A stretch of 64,000 nucleotides of DNA, from IMG/VR virus record IMGVR_UViG_3300027899_000001, positions 341,017 to 405,016 of that record; one strand, 5' to 3'. A program made the translations under genes and the position numbers. Positions 23,833 through 34,437 of this stretch are shown piece by piece (the stretch's first letter is position 1; each line of letters opens with the position of its first letter). The notes beneath the pieces are model-generated. The model worked only from the letters and a program-made list of their open reading frames with translations, was not told where the DNA came from and did not search any database.

Positions 23833-24537
23833 ATGAACTACCAAAAAATTTATGAATCTATAATTCAAAAAGCTAAATCTGAAAATAGAGTAAAACACAA
23901 AGAAGTATATTATGAAAATCATCATATTATGCCTAAATGTTTAGGTGGAAATAACGATATATCAAATTTAATTTTATTAACGGCAAAAGAACATTTTATA
24001 TGTCATAAATTATTAACATATATTTATCCAACGAATAGAAAAATAATATGTGCTTTACATATGATGACATATTCTTGTAATGAAAATTCTATTAAATCTT
24101 CAAGAGATTATAAATTTGTAAAAGAGCTTTTATCAGATAATAGTAAAGGAAAAAAACATCCTATGTTTGGAAAACATCATTCAGAAGATGCAATAAATAA
24201 AATGAAAAAACCACATAAAAAATATTCGAAAGATTATATGTTAAGCTTAAAAGAAATTCGTAAAGGAGAAAAAAATCCTATGTATGGCAAAAAACAAACT
24301 AAAGAATCAAATGAAAAAAATTCTCAATCTCATATAGGAAAAAAACATACAACAGAAAGTAAGAAAAAAATGTCTATAACTCGTATATCAAAACATTTTA
24401 AACATACAGAACAAACAAAAAAGAAACAAGGAGAATGGCAAAAAGGAAAAACATATATAGAACTATATGGAGAAGAAAAGGCATCACAAATGAAAGAAAA
24501 ACAAAGACTTGCTAAATTACAAAAAAATAGGAAGTAA
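23833..24537 (+). CDS. HNH homing endonuclease with NUMOD3 repeats
   Basis: ENHHIMPKCLGG.N...NLILLTAKEHFICHKLL; HPMFGKHHSE, NPMYGKKQT. Confidence 0.9.
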   Translation: MNYQKIYESIIQKAKSENRVKHKEVYYENHHIMPKCLGGNNDISNLILLTAKEHFICHKLLTYIYPTNRKIICALHMMTYSCNENSIKSSRDYKFVKELLSDNSKGKKHPMFGKHHSEDAINKMKKPHKKYSKDYMLSLKEIRKGEKNPMYGKKQTKESNEKNSQSHIGKKHTTESKKKMSITRISKHFKHTEQTKKKQGEWQKGKTYIELYGEEKASQMKEKQRLAKLQKNRK

Positions 24538-24566
24538 TTACTTCCTATTTTTAAATAAATTTAATT

Positions 24567-26126
24567 TTATTTTTTATCTACTTCTGTTTTTGGTTTAAGC
24601 ATAGCTATTGCGTCTTCTGGTTTTACTCCTATAAAATTTAATAAAGATGTCATATCGAAACCTGTTCCTTTTAAACCTTCAAACATTTTAGTAAGTACTT
24701 CTACTGGTATAGTTCCAAATTTTGATGTAGCAGAACCTCCTTCTTTTCCAGATCCAAAATCTACTATTTTAATATCTTTAACATTTCCGAGATGTGATGT
24801 ACTTGCTGCCATAACTCCTGCAAATTCTTTTATAACATTTGGTCCAAGAGTTTGAAGAGCTGACAAAACTTCTAAAAAACGGCCAGTTTGATCAAGTTTT
24901 GCATAAGCTTCAGCTTTTTCCAATGTACCTTTAGCTTCTGCAGAAAGTTTAGCATAAATTGCATTACCTTCAGCCTGTCCTTTTTTCGTAATAATAGCAG
25001 CTTCACCCTCAGCTTCTGCATTCTTTTTCAACACAATTGCCTTAGCTTCACCTTCTGCTTTAATACGCTGTGCTTCTCTTTGTCCTTCAGCTTCAAGAAT
25101 ATAAGCCTGTTTTGCCGCATCTGCATTAATGATTTTCTGTTGTTTTTGAGCTTCAGCTGGAACAATCATTTCAGCTTCATATTGTTTCTGAGTTTTAAGA
25201 GCTCTTTGTTCTTGAACAGCAATATTAGCCTTTTCTGCTGCAGCTTCTGTAGCTGCTCTTGCTTCTACTACATTTTTCATTGCCTGTGCTTGAGATAAAG
25301 GACCAGCCTGATTTGCAATTTCATTCTGTCTATCAGTTTCAGCCTTCATTTCAGCCTTCCTTACATTCATACTTCTATTAGCTTCTGCAATCTTCATTTC
25401 ATTCTGGTTTGCAGCTTCAACTGCTAGTCTATTAGCATCAGTTGTTTTGATTGTAGAATCTCTCAAAGCTTCTGCAGTACCAATTTCTGCGTCTCTCTTG
25501 ATTTCAGCAGTTCTTTTCTTACCAAGGTTAATAATATAACCATCTTTATCAGTTACATTCTGAATGTTAAGAGAATCTACAGTAATACCAAGTTTCTTAA
25601 AATCTTCTGATGCATCTTCAAGAACAGCCTGATTAAGTTTTTGCTTGTCACCGATTAATTCTTCAATAGTCATTTTACCTACTACAGAACGAAGGTGACC
25701 TTCAAGATTTTGAAAAATAATTTTATCAACTTCATCATCATCTTTTCCAAGGAATCTTTCAACTGCGATTTCCAATAGTGCTTTATCACTTGAGAATTTA
25801 GTATTAGCTACGCCTTCTACGGTTGTCATAACTCCGTTTTTATTAGGTGCATTATCCACCTTTATGTTAATTACTCGGTTAGACAAATCCATCATCTGTA
25901 CTTCTTCCAAAAAAGGAAGCTTAAATACACCGCCACCTGTGATAAGACGATATCCTTTCGTGCCACCGCCCGCGGCTTTATTTTTTCTACCATAAAGAAC
26001 AGCAGCTTTATTAGGAGCGATTCGAATATAGTTTTTTACTAGTATGGCTATTAATCCTACTAAAACTATAATGGAAACAAGCGTGATAGCTGCAACAACT
26101 AACATTGATTTTGCTTCTGGGTTCAT
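24567..26126 (-). CDS. Flotillin / SPFH (band 7) family protein
   Basis: N-terminal TM, SPFH domain (LEGHLRSVVGKMTIEE), AEA-rich coiled coil. Confidence 0.92.
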   Translation of the reverse strand: MNPEAKSMLVVAAITLVSIIVLVGLIAILVKNYIRIAPNKAAVLYGRKNKAAGGGTKGYRLITGGGVFKLPFLEEVQMMDLSNRVINIKVDNAPNKNGVMTTVEGVANTKFSSDKALLEIAVERFLGKDDDEVDKIIFQNLEGHLRSVVGKMTIEELIGDKQKLNQAVLEDASEDFKKLGITVDSLNIQNVTDKDGYIINLGKKRTAEIKRDAEIGTAEALRDSTIKTTDANRLAVEAANQNEMKIAEANRSMNVRKAEMKAETDRQNEIANQAGPLSQAQAMKNVVEARAATEAAAEKANIAVQEQRALKTQKQYEAEMIVPAEAQKQQKIINADAAKQAYILEAEGQREAQRIKAEGEAKAIVLKKNAEAEGEAAIITKKGQAEGNAIYAKLSAEAKGTLEKAEAYAKLDQTGRFLEVLSALQTLGPNVIKEFAGVMAASTSHLGNVKDIKIVDFGSGKEGGSATSKFGTIPVEVLTKMFEGLKGTGFDMTSLLNFIGVKPEDAIAMLKPKTEVDKK

Positions 26127-26158
26127 TTGTTTATTTGTATTTAGTTAATATAAGAAAT

Positions 26159-26683
26159 TTAGATTTTTTCAACGATAAGTAAACCTTCTTGTGCTTCAAT
26201 AACTTTAACAGTTTGGCTTTTTCTTAAAGGCTTGTCACTTTTATCTTTACATGTATAATATAAATTATCTACATAAATTTCACCAAGACCTTGATCGCCT
26301 GAAGCAATTGTTATAGTTCCTGATTTTCCTACAAGATTTTTTGCATCTTTCACTTCTCCTGCCTGTTGACTATAAAAGGCTTTAATTATTAGAAAAGCAA
26401 AAAACATCATTACAAATCCTATTAAAAATCCCAAGAATAGTTGTCCGCCTATACTCCAATTAAGAAGAGTTTTAGCACATATACCAGCTACTCCAAATCC
26501 TGCTAGAAAAGCAGAAATAGTACGAATAGAAAATAGACCAGGAGAATCTGTGTCTGTATCTGCATGTCCATCAAAATCGTGATGGAAATCAAAATGTGTA
26601 TCAAAATCGTGGTCTATGCCACCGAAGATTGCTAGAGAAAATACTACCAATCCTACAATAAGAAATACTAAATAAAGTGTCAT
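26159..26683 (-). CDS. NfeD-like flotillin partner (YuaF type)
   Basis: TM helices, His/Asp-rich loop, FLAGFG..G, C-terminal OB-fold LVGKSGTI...GEI...LIVEK. Confidence 0.85.
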   Translation of the reverse strand: MTLYLVFLIVGLVVFSLAIFGGIDHDFDTHFDFHHDFDGHADTDTDSPGLFSIRTISAFLAGFGVAGICAKTLLNWSIGGQLFLGFLIGFVMMFFAFLIIKAFYSQQAGEVKDAKNLVGKSGTITIASGDQGLGEIYVDNLYYTCKDKSDKPLRKSQTVKVIEAQEGLLIVEKI

Positions 26684-26772
26684 TTTTCGTTTGTTTTTAA
26701 TTATTAAATGTTATGTAAATATAAACATTATTCTTGATGTGAAATAATAGTTTTTGTTAATGTTATGTTAAT

Positions 26773-27372
26773 TTATTTAGTTATTTTTTCTTCAACTGTC
26801 ATTGATAACATATCTGCGCAATGTATAAGTCTTACTAATGGATGATCTATAGCTGTATTGTATGCGTAATTCTGAGGAGAATTTGCAAAGTTAACACTCA
26901 TTTCAGTAGCACCCATATGCCATCTTATTGCCATTGCTTCTGCATCTGTAAGTTTCATATATTTTGAAATTAAATGTACGCTTTTTTCTCCATGTCCATA
27001 CGGAAACTTATCTTCTACAACATAAGCAAGATATTTTTCCCATTTATCTTCTGTATTTTTTCTAAATTTTTCTTGTTGTTTATAATAATTTGTTTTACAA
27101 ACATCATGAAATAATGCAGAAATGATAACAGATTCTTTAAGATATTCTAAATCTGGTTTATTACTAATAATAAAATTAAAATTATGAAGTGCAAATTTAA
27201 GCACTAACATAGTATGGTCAAGTAAACCTCCTTCATAGTTTCCATGAAATTTTGTAGAAGCAGGAGCTGTATAAAAATCGGTATCTGTTTGTAACCAATT
27301 TAACAATTCAGTTATTCCCGGTCTTGTAATAAAGGATACTGCTTGATTAAATCCTTCTCTTGATGGTGTCAT
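26773..27372 (-). CDS. HD-domain phosphohydrolase
   Basis: FYTAPASTKFHG...GGLLDH, LFHDVCK, GHGEKSV, AIRWHMG, AD. Confidence 0.9.
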   Translation of the reverse strand: MTPSREGFNQAVSFITRPGITELLNWLQTDTDFYTAPASTKFHGNYEGGLLDHTMLVLKFALHNFNFIISNKPDLEYLKESVIISALFHDVCKTNYYKQQEKFRKNTEDKWEKYLAYVVEDKFPYGHGEKSVHLISKYMKLTDAEAMAIRWHMGATEMSVNFANSPQNYAYNTAIDHPLVRLIHCADMLSMTVEEKITK

Positions 27373-27374
27373 TT

Positions 27375-28046
27375 TTATTTTTGTTTAAATGTTATTAATA
27401 ATTCTTTGTTTTCTATTGAGAAATATGATAAAAGTTCTGTATTTGTTAAATTAAATGTTTCTTGATACATTTTTATATAAGATTGTTGATCTATTGTTTC
27501 TATGATGAATCTTAATTGTTGTTCATAATATAATGAAGTTGCATATCTGTCTCCATATATATTTTCAAATCCATTATCTTGAATTAAATTATCAACATTT
27601 TTCTTTACTAAATATTCGGTTCTTAATAATTGCAAGTAAGGTTCTATAGATTCATTTACATCATTATATGTGCATCTAACTTCTCCATTATCAAATGTGC
27701 CAACATTAAAAATAGATTTAGTATATAACGCCTTGCCCTTTGTTCCTAAATGCGATTCTGCGATTCCTTGTGCTAATACTAATCTAATATCTACTTTATA
27801 TTGTTCACATTTTCGAACTAAAAAATTTACATTAATTTTTGAATCGGGCGCTATATTATCAACCACTTTTTTAACTTCTGTAACTAAATGTTCATGTATC
27901 TGTTGTCTTACAAGTATAGGAAAAACCGTTTGATTTTTACTATAATTTTCTTGTGTGGTCATCGGCGATGAAAAAGTTTTATAATTCGGATTACCAACAT
28001 TTAAGAAAAAAAGTATTATAATTATTATTAAAGTTTTAAAAATCAT
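27375..28046 (-). CDS. Glucosaminidase/lysozyme-like cell wall hydrolase with N-terminal signal
   Basis: LVLAQGIAESHLGT, IFNVG, RYATSLYYE. Confidence 0.75.
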   Translation of the reverse strand: MIFKTLIIIIILFFLNVGNPNYKTFSSPMTTQENYSKNQTVFPILVRQQIHEHLVTEVKKVVDNIAPDSKINVNFLVRKCEQYKVDIRLVLAQGIAESHLGTKGKALYTKSIFNVGTFDNGEVRCTYNDVNESIEPYLQLLRTEYLVKKNVDNLIQDNGFENIYGDRYATSLYYEQQLRFIIETIDQQSYIKMYQETFNLTNTELLSYFSIENKELLITFKQK

Positions 28047-28068
28047 TCATTAAATTTATGTTTGTTTA

Positions 28069-28596
28069 TCACTCAGTAAAGAGTGATATACTTCCAACAT
28101 GATGCTCAAAGTCATCATCTTGAGAAGGTTTAATCGGAGTAATAACCATTACTTCCACATCATGTTCACCATATATTTCATTTATATATCTTTGTGACGT
28201 CGTTAATTTTCCATCTTCTTCAATATGTTTAAGTATCATATAGGCTTTATCTTTAATATGGCCATCAATTAATTTAAGTGCATTGAAAGATAACTCTTCT
28301 TCCTCTTCAACTATTCTAGCTATGCAATTAAGTAATCTGCTTTTTATTAAAATATATTTTCCATAAGGAAGTCCCAAAGAATAATTAAGAACATCTTTTG
28401 AAAAAACGCCACCCTTGCCTCTTCCCCAAGCTTTAAAAAATGTTCCAGTTACATGATCAGGAAGAACCACAGTATGATGGCCTTCAAATAAAGTAACAAT
28501 ATAATTATCTATAACATTTGGAGTAATTTGATCAATAGTAACATCAGTAATTACATCACTTACTTCTTCTCCTGTTTGTATTTTATCTTTCATCAT
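28069..28596 (-). CDS. Hypothetical protein
   Basis: 175-aa ORF. Confidence 0.65.
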   Translation of the reverse strand: MMKDKIQTGEEVSDVITDVTIDQITPNVIDNYIVTLFEGHHTVVLPDHVTGTFFKAWGRGKGGVFSKDVLNYSLGLPYGKYILIKSRLLNCIARIVEEEEELSFNALKLIDGHIKDKAYMILKHIEEDGKLTTSQRYINEIYGEHDVEVMVITPIKPSQDDDFEHHVGSISLFTE

Positions 28597-28799
28597 TTTA
28601 TTTTTATTAGTTTATATGCCATTATTTCTATTAATTCTTTAGCGGTAATAAATTGTTTATCTTCTATTAATTTTTTTACAGTTCCAGACCAAGTACTTGG
28701 ATCAACTATCATATCAGGTTCAGTAAGATATTCATATACCTTTACAAGATTGCCTTCTGTATATTTTTGTACAAGTATTTTTACTCTGGGCTCTTTCAT
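28593..28799 (-). CDS. Hypothetical protein
   Basis: 68-aa ORF with overlapping start/stop. Confidence 0.6.
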   Translation of the reverse strand: MKEPRVKILVQKYTEGNLVKVYEYLTEPDMIVDPSTWSGTVKKLIEDKQFITAKELIEIMAYKLIKIK

Positions 28800-28985
28800 A
28801 AGTTTATTTCTTCTTGTGTTTCAATAACTATAAGCCAATCTATTGTATTATTTCTTCCTGCTACTCTAGCTGGAGTTATGCTTATAACTTTTCCATTTTT
28901 ACCCATTGAATTATTAATGTCCTCTAATTCCTTCATTGTTAAAGATTCATTTTGAGAGGTACATAAGTATACAATTTTTTGCATA

Positions 28986-29180
28986 TTATTCTGATTTACA
29001 AAGTTTATAAGTTTCGTCAAAACACATTTGAAGAGCTAAATTTACATTTTTTCTGGACATGTATCTATAAGTTTCTTCACAACTTCCTTCTACTTGAACA
29101 TCAAAGTTTTCAAAGTTTTCTTTACAAAATACATTTACTTTTTCAACCACTTGTTTATATATTTCTTCTCTTTCCATCAC
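28986..29180 (-). CDS. Hypothetical protein
   Basis: 64-aa ORF with ATGA-type overlap. Confidence 0.55.
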   Translation of the reverse strand: MMEREEIYKQVVEKVNVFCKENFENFDVQVEGSCEETYRYMSRKNVNLALQMCFDETYKLCKSE

Positions 29181-29596
29181 TTTTGATTTATAACTTTTTC
29201 AAATTCTTTTAATTCTTTAATCATTTCATCTGGATAAAATGTAAGAGCATCTCTTACTGTTTTAGGATCTAATTCAAATGCTTTACAATATTCTTTTATT
29301 AAATCATTACTTATATTAAGCTTTTTTTCTTTAACTTCTGCTACTTTTTTAACGCCTTTAGTATATATCCATTTAGGAAGATATCCTTTATAAGTTTTTC
29401 TTAAATATAAATGCCAAAAATCAATAACTGCTTCTTGATTTATTTTATTATGTTGTAAAGCATTTGCTTGAAGAGGATGTTGAATTGCAAATCTTCTATT
29501 ACACATGAAAAAGTGTTTTCTTTTCTCACCAACAGAGAGGTTTAGATATTCACGAGGATTTGTGAAGATAATATCAATAAAAGGAAATAATTCCAT
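29177..29596 (-). CDS. Possible clamp-loader small subunit (T4 gp62-like)
   Basis: FMCNRRFA...AN..., KW..K..., LIKEY pattern and size; replication neighbourhood. Confidence 0.45.
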   Translation of the reverse strand: MELFPFIDIIFTNPREYLNLSVGEKRKHFFMCNRRFAIQHPLQANALQHNKINQEAVIDFWHLYLRKTYKGYLPKWIYTKGVKKVAEVKEKKLNISNDLIKEYCKAFELDPKTVRDALTFYPDEMIKELKEFEKVINQK

Positions 29597-29706
29597 AGTT
29601 TATTAAGTTTTTATTCTAGAGACAGGATTTCCTAGAGAGTTAAAGGTATTAATTATATGGTAGCTAAGAAAAAAGTTTTGCATTTTTTGTTAAAATTTTG
29701 TTAATG

Positions 29707-30087
29707 TTATTTCCAAGGTAAGTTTGTTACAGGGAATAACGTAGTGCCATTTTGAGGTGGTGGAGATTGATATTGTTCATTTTGTGTTATAGCTGGAGGT
29801 GGTTGAGAATTCTTAGTTTTATTATAAGGATTTTTTTCACCCACAGAATCATAATTATAAGTTCTTGTTAAATCTTCTTTAGTAATTATCATAGGTTTTA
29901 CTTCTCTAACTATAAATAATGAGGGTTTATTTTGTATATACTGAACAAACTGCCATTTTCCAGTTTTTTCAACAGTTTCAATAATAGAAGAAAGTAAAAT
30001 TTTCATGTCTGAATAATTTTGTCCTTCAAGTTGAAGAGTTTCAGGAATTAATTTTTGTAATTCTGAAATTGTAACTACGTGTGTCAT
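29707..30087 (-). CDS. Hypothetical protein with Pro/Gln-rich tail
   Basis: 126-aa ORF. Confidence 0.65.
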   Translation of the reverse strand: MTHVVTISELQKLIPETLQLEGQNYSDMKILLSSIIETVEKTGKWQFVQYIQNKPSLFIVREVKPMIITKEDLTRTYNYDSVGEKNPYNKTKNSQPPPAITQNEQYQSPPPQNGTTLFPVTNLPWK

Positions 30088-30106
30088 TTGTTTATGATTT
30101 TAATTA

Positions 30107-31279
30107 TTAAAATAATGCTGTTCCAGATATTCTATCAATTTGTTTGAATATAGATGCTTCATTTTCATTTTTCTTTTCACTAATATATCTAGTTCCTTCA
30201 AGAAGATCTTTCATATTTAAGCTGCTATAATTAACTCGAGGTTTATCAAGTTCTTTTTGTTTAACTTCATTAAATTTATTAATGATTTCTTCTGGAAATA
30301 CATCAGGACTTAACACAACAAGTTTAATTTGTCGTCTAAGTCTATCATCAATTTTGAAGGTGGGCTTAGTTTTAGATACAGCTTTTATTAATTTCATTAC
30401 ATCATTTCTTCTTTCCCATAAAGTATCATGATCCATAAGTTCATCTGATTCTATTTTGATGCCTTCATATATCTTTTCAAATTTAGAATTTGTTATTCTA
30501 ACTTCAACATCTTTTTCATTTAACCAAGTATGTATTGCAGGAATATTATCTCCATCATCTCCACAGAAAATTTTACGAAGCATAATCATTCTTCCATTGA
30601 CAACTTCCATCTTAGTTTTTTCTGCATTTATGATTTTTCTAAAATCTTCTTTATCTACATTTATAGTTCCTTTAAGATTCATGAAATCTACTGCATCTGC
30701 AGTGTTTATCCAATCTTCAAAATGTTGAGGAACATAGAGTTTACGAGAAGAATTTTTTCCTTGCATAAAAGGATTATATACAGTTGTATAAGCTATTTTT
30801 CCTGACTCATATGGCCAAAAACTTACTAACTGTCTCATATCTTCATCACCAGATACGATTATTGCATGTTGATGTTGTTTATGTTGTATTTCATCTGCCC
30901 AAAGAGTTAATAAATCGTCAGATTCGGCTGTAGAAATTCCAGAAACTGTTATTCCGTTATTTTCAGCTATTTTACAAAATTCTTCTAATGCTGAATAAAT
31001 ATTATTCCAGTTTATATTTGTAGATTTTATTCTCTGCGCTTTATAACCATCATTTTCTTCTATTTTTATTTCTTTTCTCCATGAACGATCATCTTTAGTA
31101 AAAATTACTCTAGAAGGGTTGATTAAACGAATTATAGAAGATATATCTATTGATATTTTTCTAATAAGTTGATCTATTTCATTTTGAGAATCAAATGTCA
31201 TTGTTTTAGATCCATACCCAGATATAATAAAAAGACTTCTATATACTAAATTGTTTAAATCAAATAATAAGTTAATCAT
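30107..31279 (-). CDS. 5'-3' exonuclease / T4 RNase H-like flap nuclease
   Basis: LFDLNN..YR, D.RSWRK...YKAQR, ESDD, SGDEDMRQL, GDDGDNIP. Confidence 0.9.
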   Translation of the reverse strand: MINLLFDLNNLVYRSLFIISGYGSKTMTFDSQNEIDQLIRKISIDISSIIRLINPSRVIFTKDDRSWRKEIKIEENDGYKAQRIKSTNINWNNIYSALEEFCKIAENNGITVSGISTAESDDLLTLWADEIQHKQHQHAIIVSGDEDMRQLVSFWPYESGKIAYTTVYNPFMQGKNSSRKLYVPQHFEDWINTADAVDFMNLKGTINVDKEDFRKIINAEKTKMEVVNGRMIMLRKIFCGDDGDNIPAIHTWLNEKDVEVRITNSKFEKIYEGIKIESDELMDHDTLWERRNDVMKLIKAVSKTKPTFKIDDRLRRQIKLVVLSPDVFPEEIINKFNEVKQKELDKPRVNYSSLNMKDLLEGTRYISEKKNENEASIFKQIDRISGTALF

Positions 31280-31283
31280 ATGT

Positions 31284-31985
31284 TTATTTTTTAAATTTAC
31301 AATTGTTAAAATGATATCTTGTCATATTTGGACCCTTTCCAATTAATCCACAATGCGGACATATTTTTTTAATATGTTCATGGTGTTTTCCTATTTGTGC
31401 TGCACTCATTTTTTGTTTTGATTTTTCTGTATGTTTTAATCCTATACGCGAATTAGACATATTATCCTTTATTTGTTTTGATTTTTTTATTCCATAAAAT
31501 TCTTCATACGTTTTTCCTTTGCGTTTTTTATTATATTTTTTTAACCCCCAAGTATGATAATTTTTACCAAATGCTCCATTGTTAGATCCCTGTAGTTTTT
31601 TTCCATTTTTAAACATTCCGTTATGTTTACCAGAACTTTTAATACTTAATTTTTCTTTAGTTTCATAAGACAATGATTTATTTGATCTTAATGATCTTGC
31701 TAATTCATAATCTCTAGCAGAAATATATTTTTTATTTTTATTTACACAAGTCATCATATGAAATGCATATATAATTTTGGTATTTTCGGAATGAATATAA
31801 CACAATAATTTATGACATACATAATGTTCTCTTGCTGTTAATAAAATTTTATTTTCTTTATCATCAGTGCCTCCTATACATTTAGGAATTATATGATGAT
31901 TTTCATAATATTTTCCATTTTCTTTTAATCTATTTTCTAATTTTGCTTTGTTAATTATAGACTCATAAATTTTTTGATAATTCAT
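31284..31985 (-). CDS. HNH homing endonuclease with NUMOD3 repeats
   Basis: ENHHIIPKCIGG...LTAREHYVCHKLL; paralog of 23833..24537; C-terminal CPHC..RYHFNNC. Confidence 0.9.
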   Translation of the reverse strand: MNYQKIYESIINKAKLENRLKENGKYYENHHIIPKCIGGTDDKENKILLTAREHYVCHKLLCYIHSENTKIIYAFHMMTCVNKNKKYISARDYELARSLRSNKSLSYETKEKLSIKSSGKHNGMFKNGKKLQGSNNGAFGKNYHTWGLKKYNKKRKGKTYEEFYGIKKSKQIKDNMSNSRIGLKHTEKSKQKMSAAQIGKHHEHIKKICPHCGLIGKGPNMTRYHFNNCKFKK

Positions 31986-32148
31986 TTTCCTGGATAAATT
32001 TAGTTTCAGGAAGAATATATAAAAATTTTCTTTTATTCATTTTTTTATATTTAATAATTCCGCCGCGTCTCCAATTGTTTAATGTTTGGCGATGAATCTT
32101 AAATATATTTAAAATTTCCCTTTGCGAATATAATTTTTGTTCTTCCAT
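31963..32148 (-). CDS. Small MerR-type helix-turn-helix protein
   Basis: IFKIHRQTLNNWRRGGII, resembling the HTH of IS607 serine transposases; start reassigned to MEEQK. Confidence 0.65.
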   Translation of the reverse strand: MEEQKLYSQREILNIFKIHRQTLNNWRRGGIIKYKKMNKRKFLYILPETKFIQENELSKNL

Positions 32149-32323
32149 ATATTTTATATATTCATGAAATTTATACAAGTTTTTACATCTATGTTAAATT
32201 TATGTTAATTTTTTATATTACCAGTTTTCCAAAAATATTTTATATTTTGTCTTTGTTCTATTGTAAGTGTTTTACCCTTCATAAATTTTATAGAATGTTC
32301 AATATCATCTTTAGTTATTTTTG

Positions 32324-32794
32324 TCATGTATTGAGTTTTTTAATTATTTCTTCACGTTTTCCTGTTTGTTTTATTCCTTCATAAAATCTTGTGCATATTA
32401 CAAATCTTTTTTCTGGAAGCCAAAGAGATAAATCTAAATCATCTACTGCAGTCCAATGAAGAGGTTTTATTCTATTCACATGCTCAAGTATTTCTTCTGA
32501 TCTATATTTTTCCAGTAATTGCATTGTTCTTCCTTTAAGAGATACTGTAACATCTATGGGAGCTTTTTTAACTCCCATCATTTCGACAAATATTTCTTGT
32601 AAAGAAGTCAACGAATAATGATCTTTCCAATCACTTGATAGTATAATATCTGTATCAGTCTCATCTATTATTTCATTCAATACTCTTACTGCTTTTTTAT
32701 TTACTCTATGAACATATCCCCACTTTGTAAGTTTTGGATGTATTTCACTTCCCAATGACAATACACCATCAATATCTAAGTATAGAAATTTCAT
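32324..32794 (-). CDS. HAD-superfamily protein (Swiss Army Knife RNA-repair-like HAD)
   Basis: LYLDIDGVL, IILSSDWK, R..EI, AVDD. Confidence 0.8.
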   Translation of the reverse strand: MKFLYLDIDGVLSLGSEIHPKLTKWGYVHRVNKKAVRVLNEIIDETDTDIILSSDWKDHYSLTSLQEIFVEMMGVKKAPIDVTVSLKGRTMQLLEKYRSEEILEHVNRIKPLHWTAVDDLDLSLWLPEKRFVICTRFYEGIKQTGKREEIIKKLNT

Positions 32795-33242
32795 AATGTA
32801 AATATAATAAAAAATTATGATATTAGAATATAATAGGAGTTAATATTTTGTTAAATTGTAAGATCAATTACTTCTATGTATTCTATTAAAACGCCATGAC
32901 GACTAGTGCCAGAACCAGAACAACTCATAGCATAGTGTACACTTGTTATATTAACTTTAGGATTTTCTTCGATCCATTCATTTATCTCGTTTTCCAACCC
33001 ATCTGATTCGTAATGTTCAAATACTTTTACTTTCATCGTTTTTATGTTTAGTTAATAAATAATCAGAAGTTGAATACATTAAAATCATTGCTCCAACTGC
33101 TAATGTAATTATAGGAACAAAGATTAAATTATGAGGAAATTTATTGTTTCCTATGAAGTATGAAAGTGTTAAAAATAAAAATATTTTTAATTCGCACATC
33201 CAAAAGTATCTCCAATTAATCTTTTGTAAAAACTTTTTCATC

Positions 33243-34199
33243 TTAATAATTTATTATAATTTGTATCTTCATTACACATGCTAATAAAGTAATAAGAGGA
33301 TCTATAACCATATTTCGTTGAGCTTGAAATTCTGCTACTGCAATTATGATCATAGGAATTTTATCTATTTTTGAAGAATGTGTTTTTCTTAAATACTCAA
33401 TAAAATCTAAACCTAAAGCTGATAATGCTTCATCTATTTTAGAAGCATAATTCTCAACTATAAATTTATAATTATCTGCTGGTTTATCTGCTTTTCCTAA
33501 ACATATCTTATATAAATCTTCAAAACTAAAATCAATGTTAAAATTCTTTTCATTAAGTTCTGTAATCTGTTGAAGATGAAAACTTTGAAGTTTATTCATA
33601 AGTCTTCTCATATCTGGAAAATCATTACGAACAAATTTATCAAGAATTTGATCTGTATATGTTATTTTTGCTGCATTCAAAATCAATGTTACTCGTTTCT
33701 TATATTCTTCTATAAGAAATTCTTCTTCCTTATTATCTATTGCATCATAAGAAATACAATTAAAACGGGATTTTATAGGATCTGGAACCTTTGTAAGATT
33801 ATTACAAGATGCAATAAATCTTGCAATACTTGCATATTTTTCCATTGAAGCTTTGAATGCTCCAAAAAATTCTGGCGTTGCTCCATCAATCTCATCAAGA
33901 ATTACACATTTAAGTTTTTCCTTTCCTCCTTCAAGAGATATAGTTGAACAAAAATTTGGAATTTTTTCTCTTAACACTTCGATACCTCTTTCAGAAGATG
34001 CATTTATATACAAAGTTGTATATGGTTGAGCTAAGATAAATAATGTGCTTGTTTTTCCAGTTCCTGCACTTCCATAAAGTAAAAGATTTTGAACAAGCCC
34101 CTGAGATAATTCTGCTTTTATTCTTTTTGGTGCTATTAAAGTTGCTAATTCTTTTGGACGAAATTTTTCTGTGAACAATTCTTTAGCGGTATTACTCAT
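33243..34199 (-). CDS. Clamp-loader AAA+ subunit (T4 gp44 / RFC-like)
   Basis: FTEKFRP, GSAGTGKT, INASSERGI, ILDEID, SRF, PDMR. Confidence 0.93.
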   Translation of the reverse strand: MSNTAKELFTEKFRPKELATLIAPKRIKAELSQGLVQNLLLYGSAGTGKTSTLFILAQPYTTLYINASSERGIEVLREKIPNFCSTISLEGGKEKLKCVILDEIDGATPEFFGAFKASMEKYASIARFIASCNNLTKVPDPIKSRFNCISYDAIDNKEEEFLIEEYKKRVTLILNAAKITYTDQILDKFVRNDFPDMRRLMNKLQSFHLQQITELNEKNFNIDFSFEDLYKICLGKADKPADNYKFIVENYASKIDEALSALGLDFIEYLRKTHSSKIDKIPMIIIAVAEFQAQRNMVIDPLITLLACVMKIQIIINY

Positions 34200-34256
34200 A
34201 TATCGTTTTTGTTTTGTATGTATAAAATAGAACGCAGTTTTTTAAAAATGTGTTAA

Positions 34257-34433
34257 TTAACACTGAACATTAATTTCTGTTCCATCATCTAATCTTATAG
34301 TAGCGAGACAATTTTCATCCATAAATATAAGTGTTCCTTCAAGAACTTCTTGTTTAATGTTTAACCATTGAACTCTTTCGCCCACATTTGATAAATAATC
34401 AAGAAAGGGAATTCTTTTTTGTGTCTTTGTCAT
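34257..34433 (-). CDS. Hypothetical protein (58 aa)
   Basis: Manual translation MTKTQKRIPFLDYLSNVGERVQW...IRLDDGTEINVQC. Confidence 0.55.
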   Translation of the reverse strand: MTKTQKRIPFLDYLSNVGERVQWLNIKQEVLEGTLIFMDENCLATIRLDDGTEINVQC

Positions 34434-34437
34434 GATG

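Noticed and set aside
31963-32178. Complete IS607 element
   Set aside because: Only an HTH-sized ORF with no serine recombinase catalytic domain, and it is followed by an HNH gene rather than tnpB.
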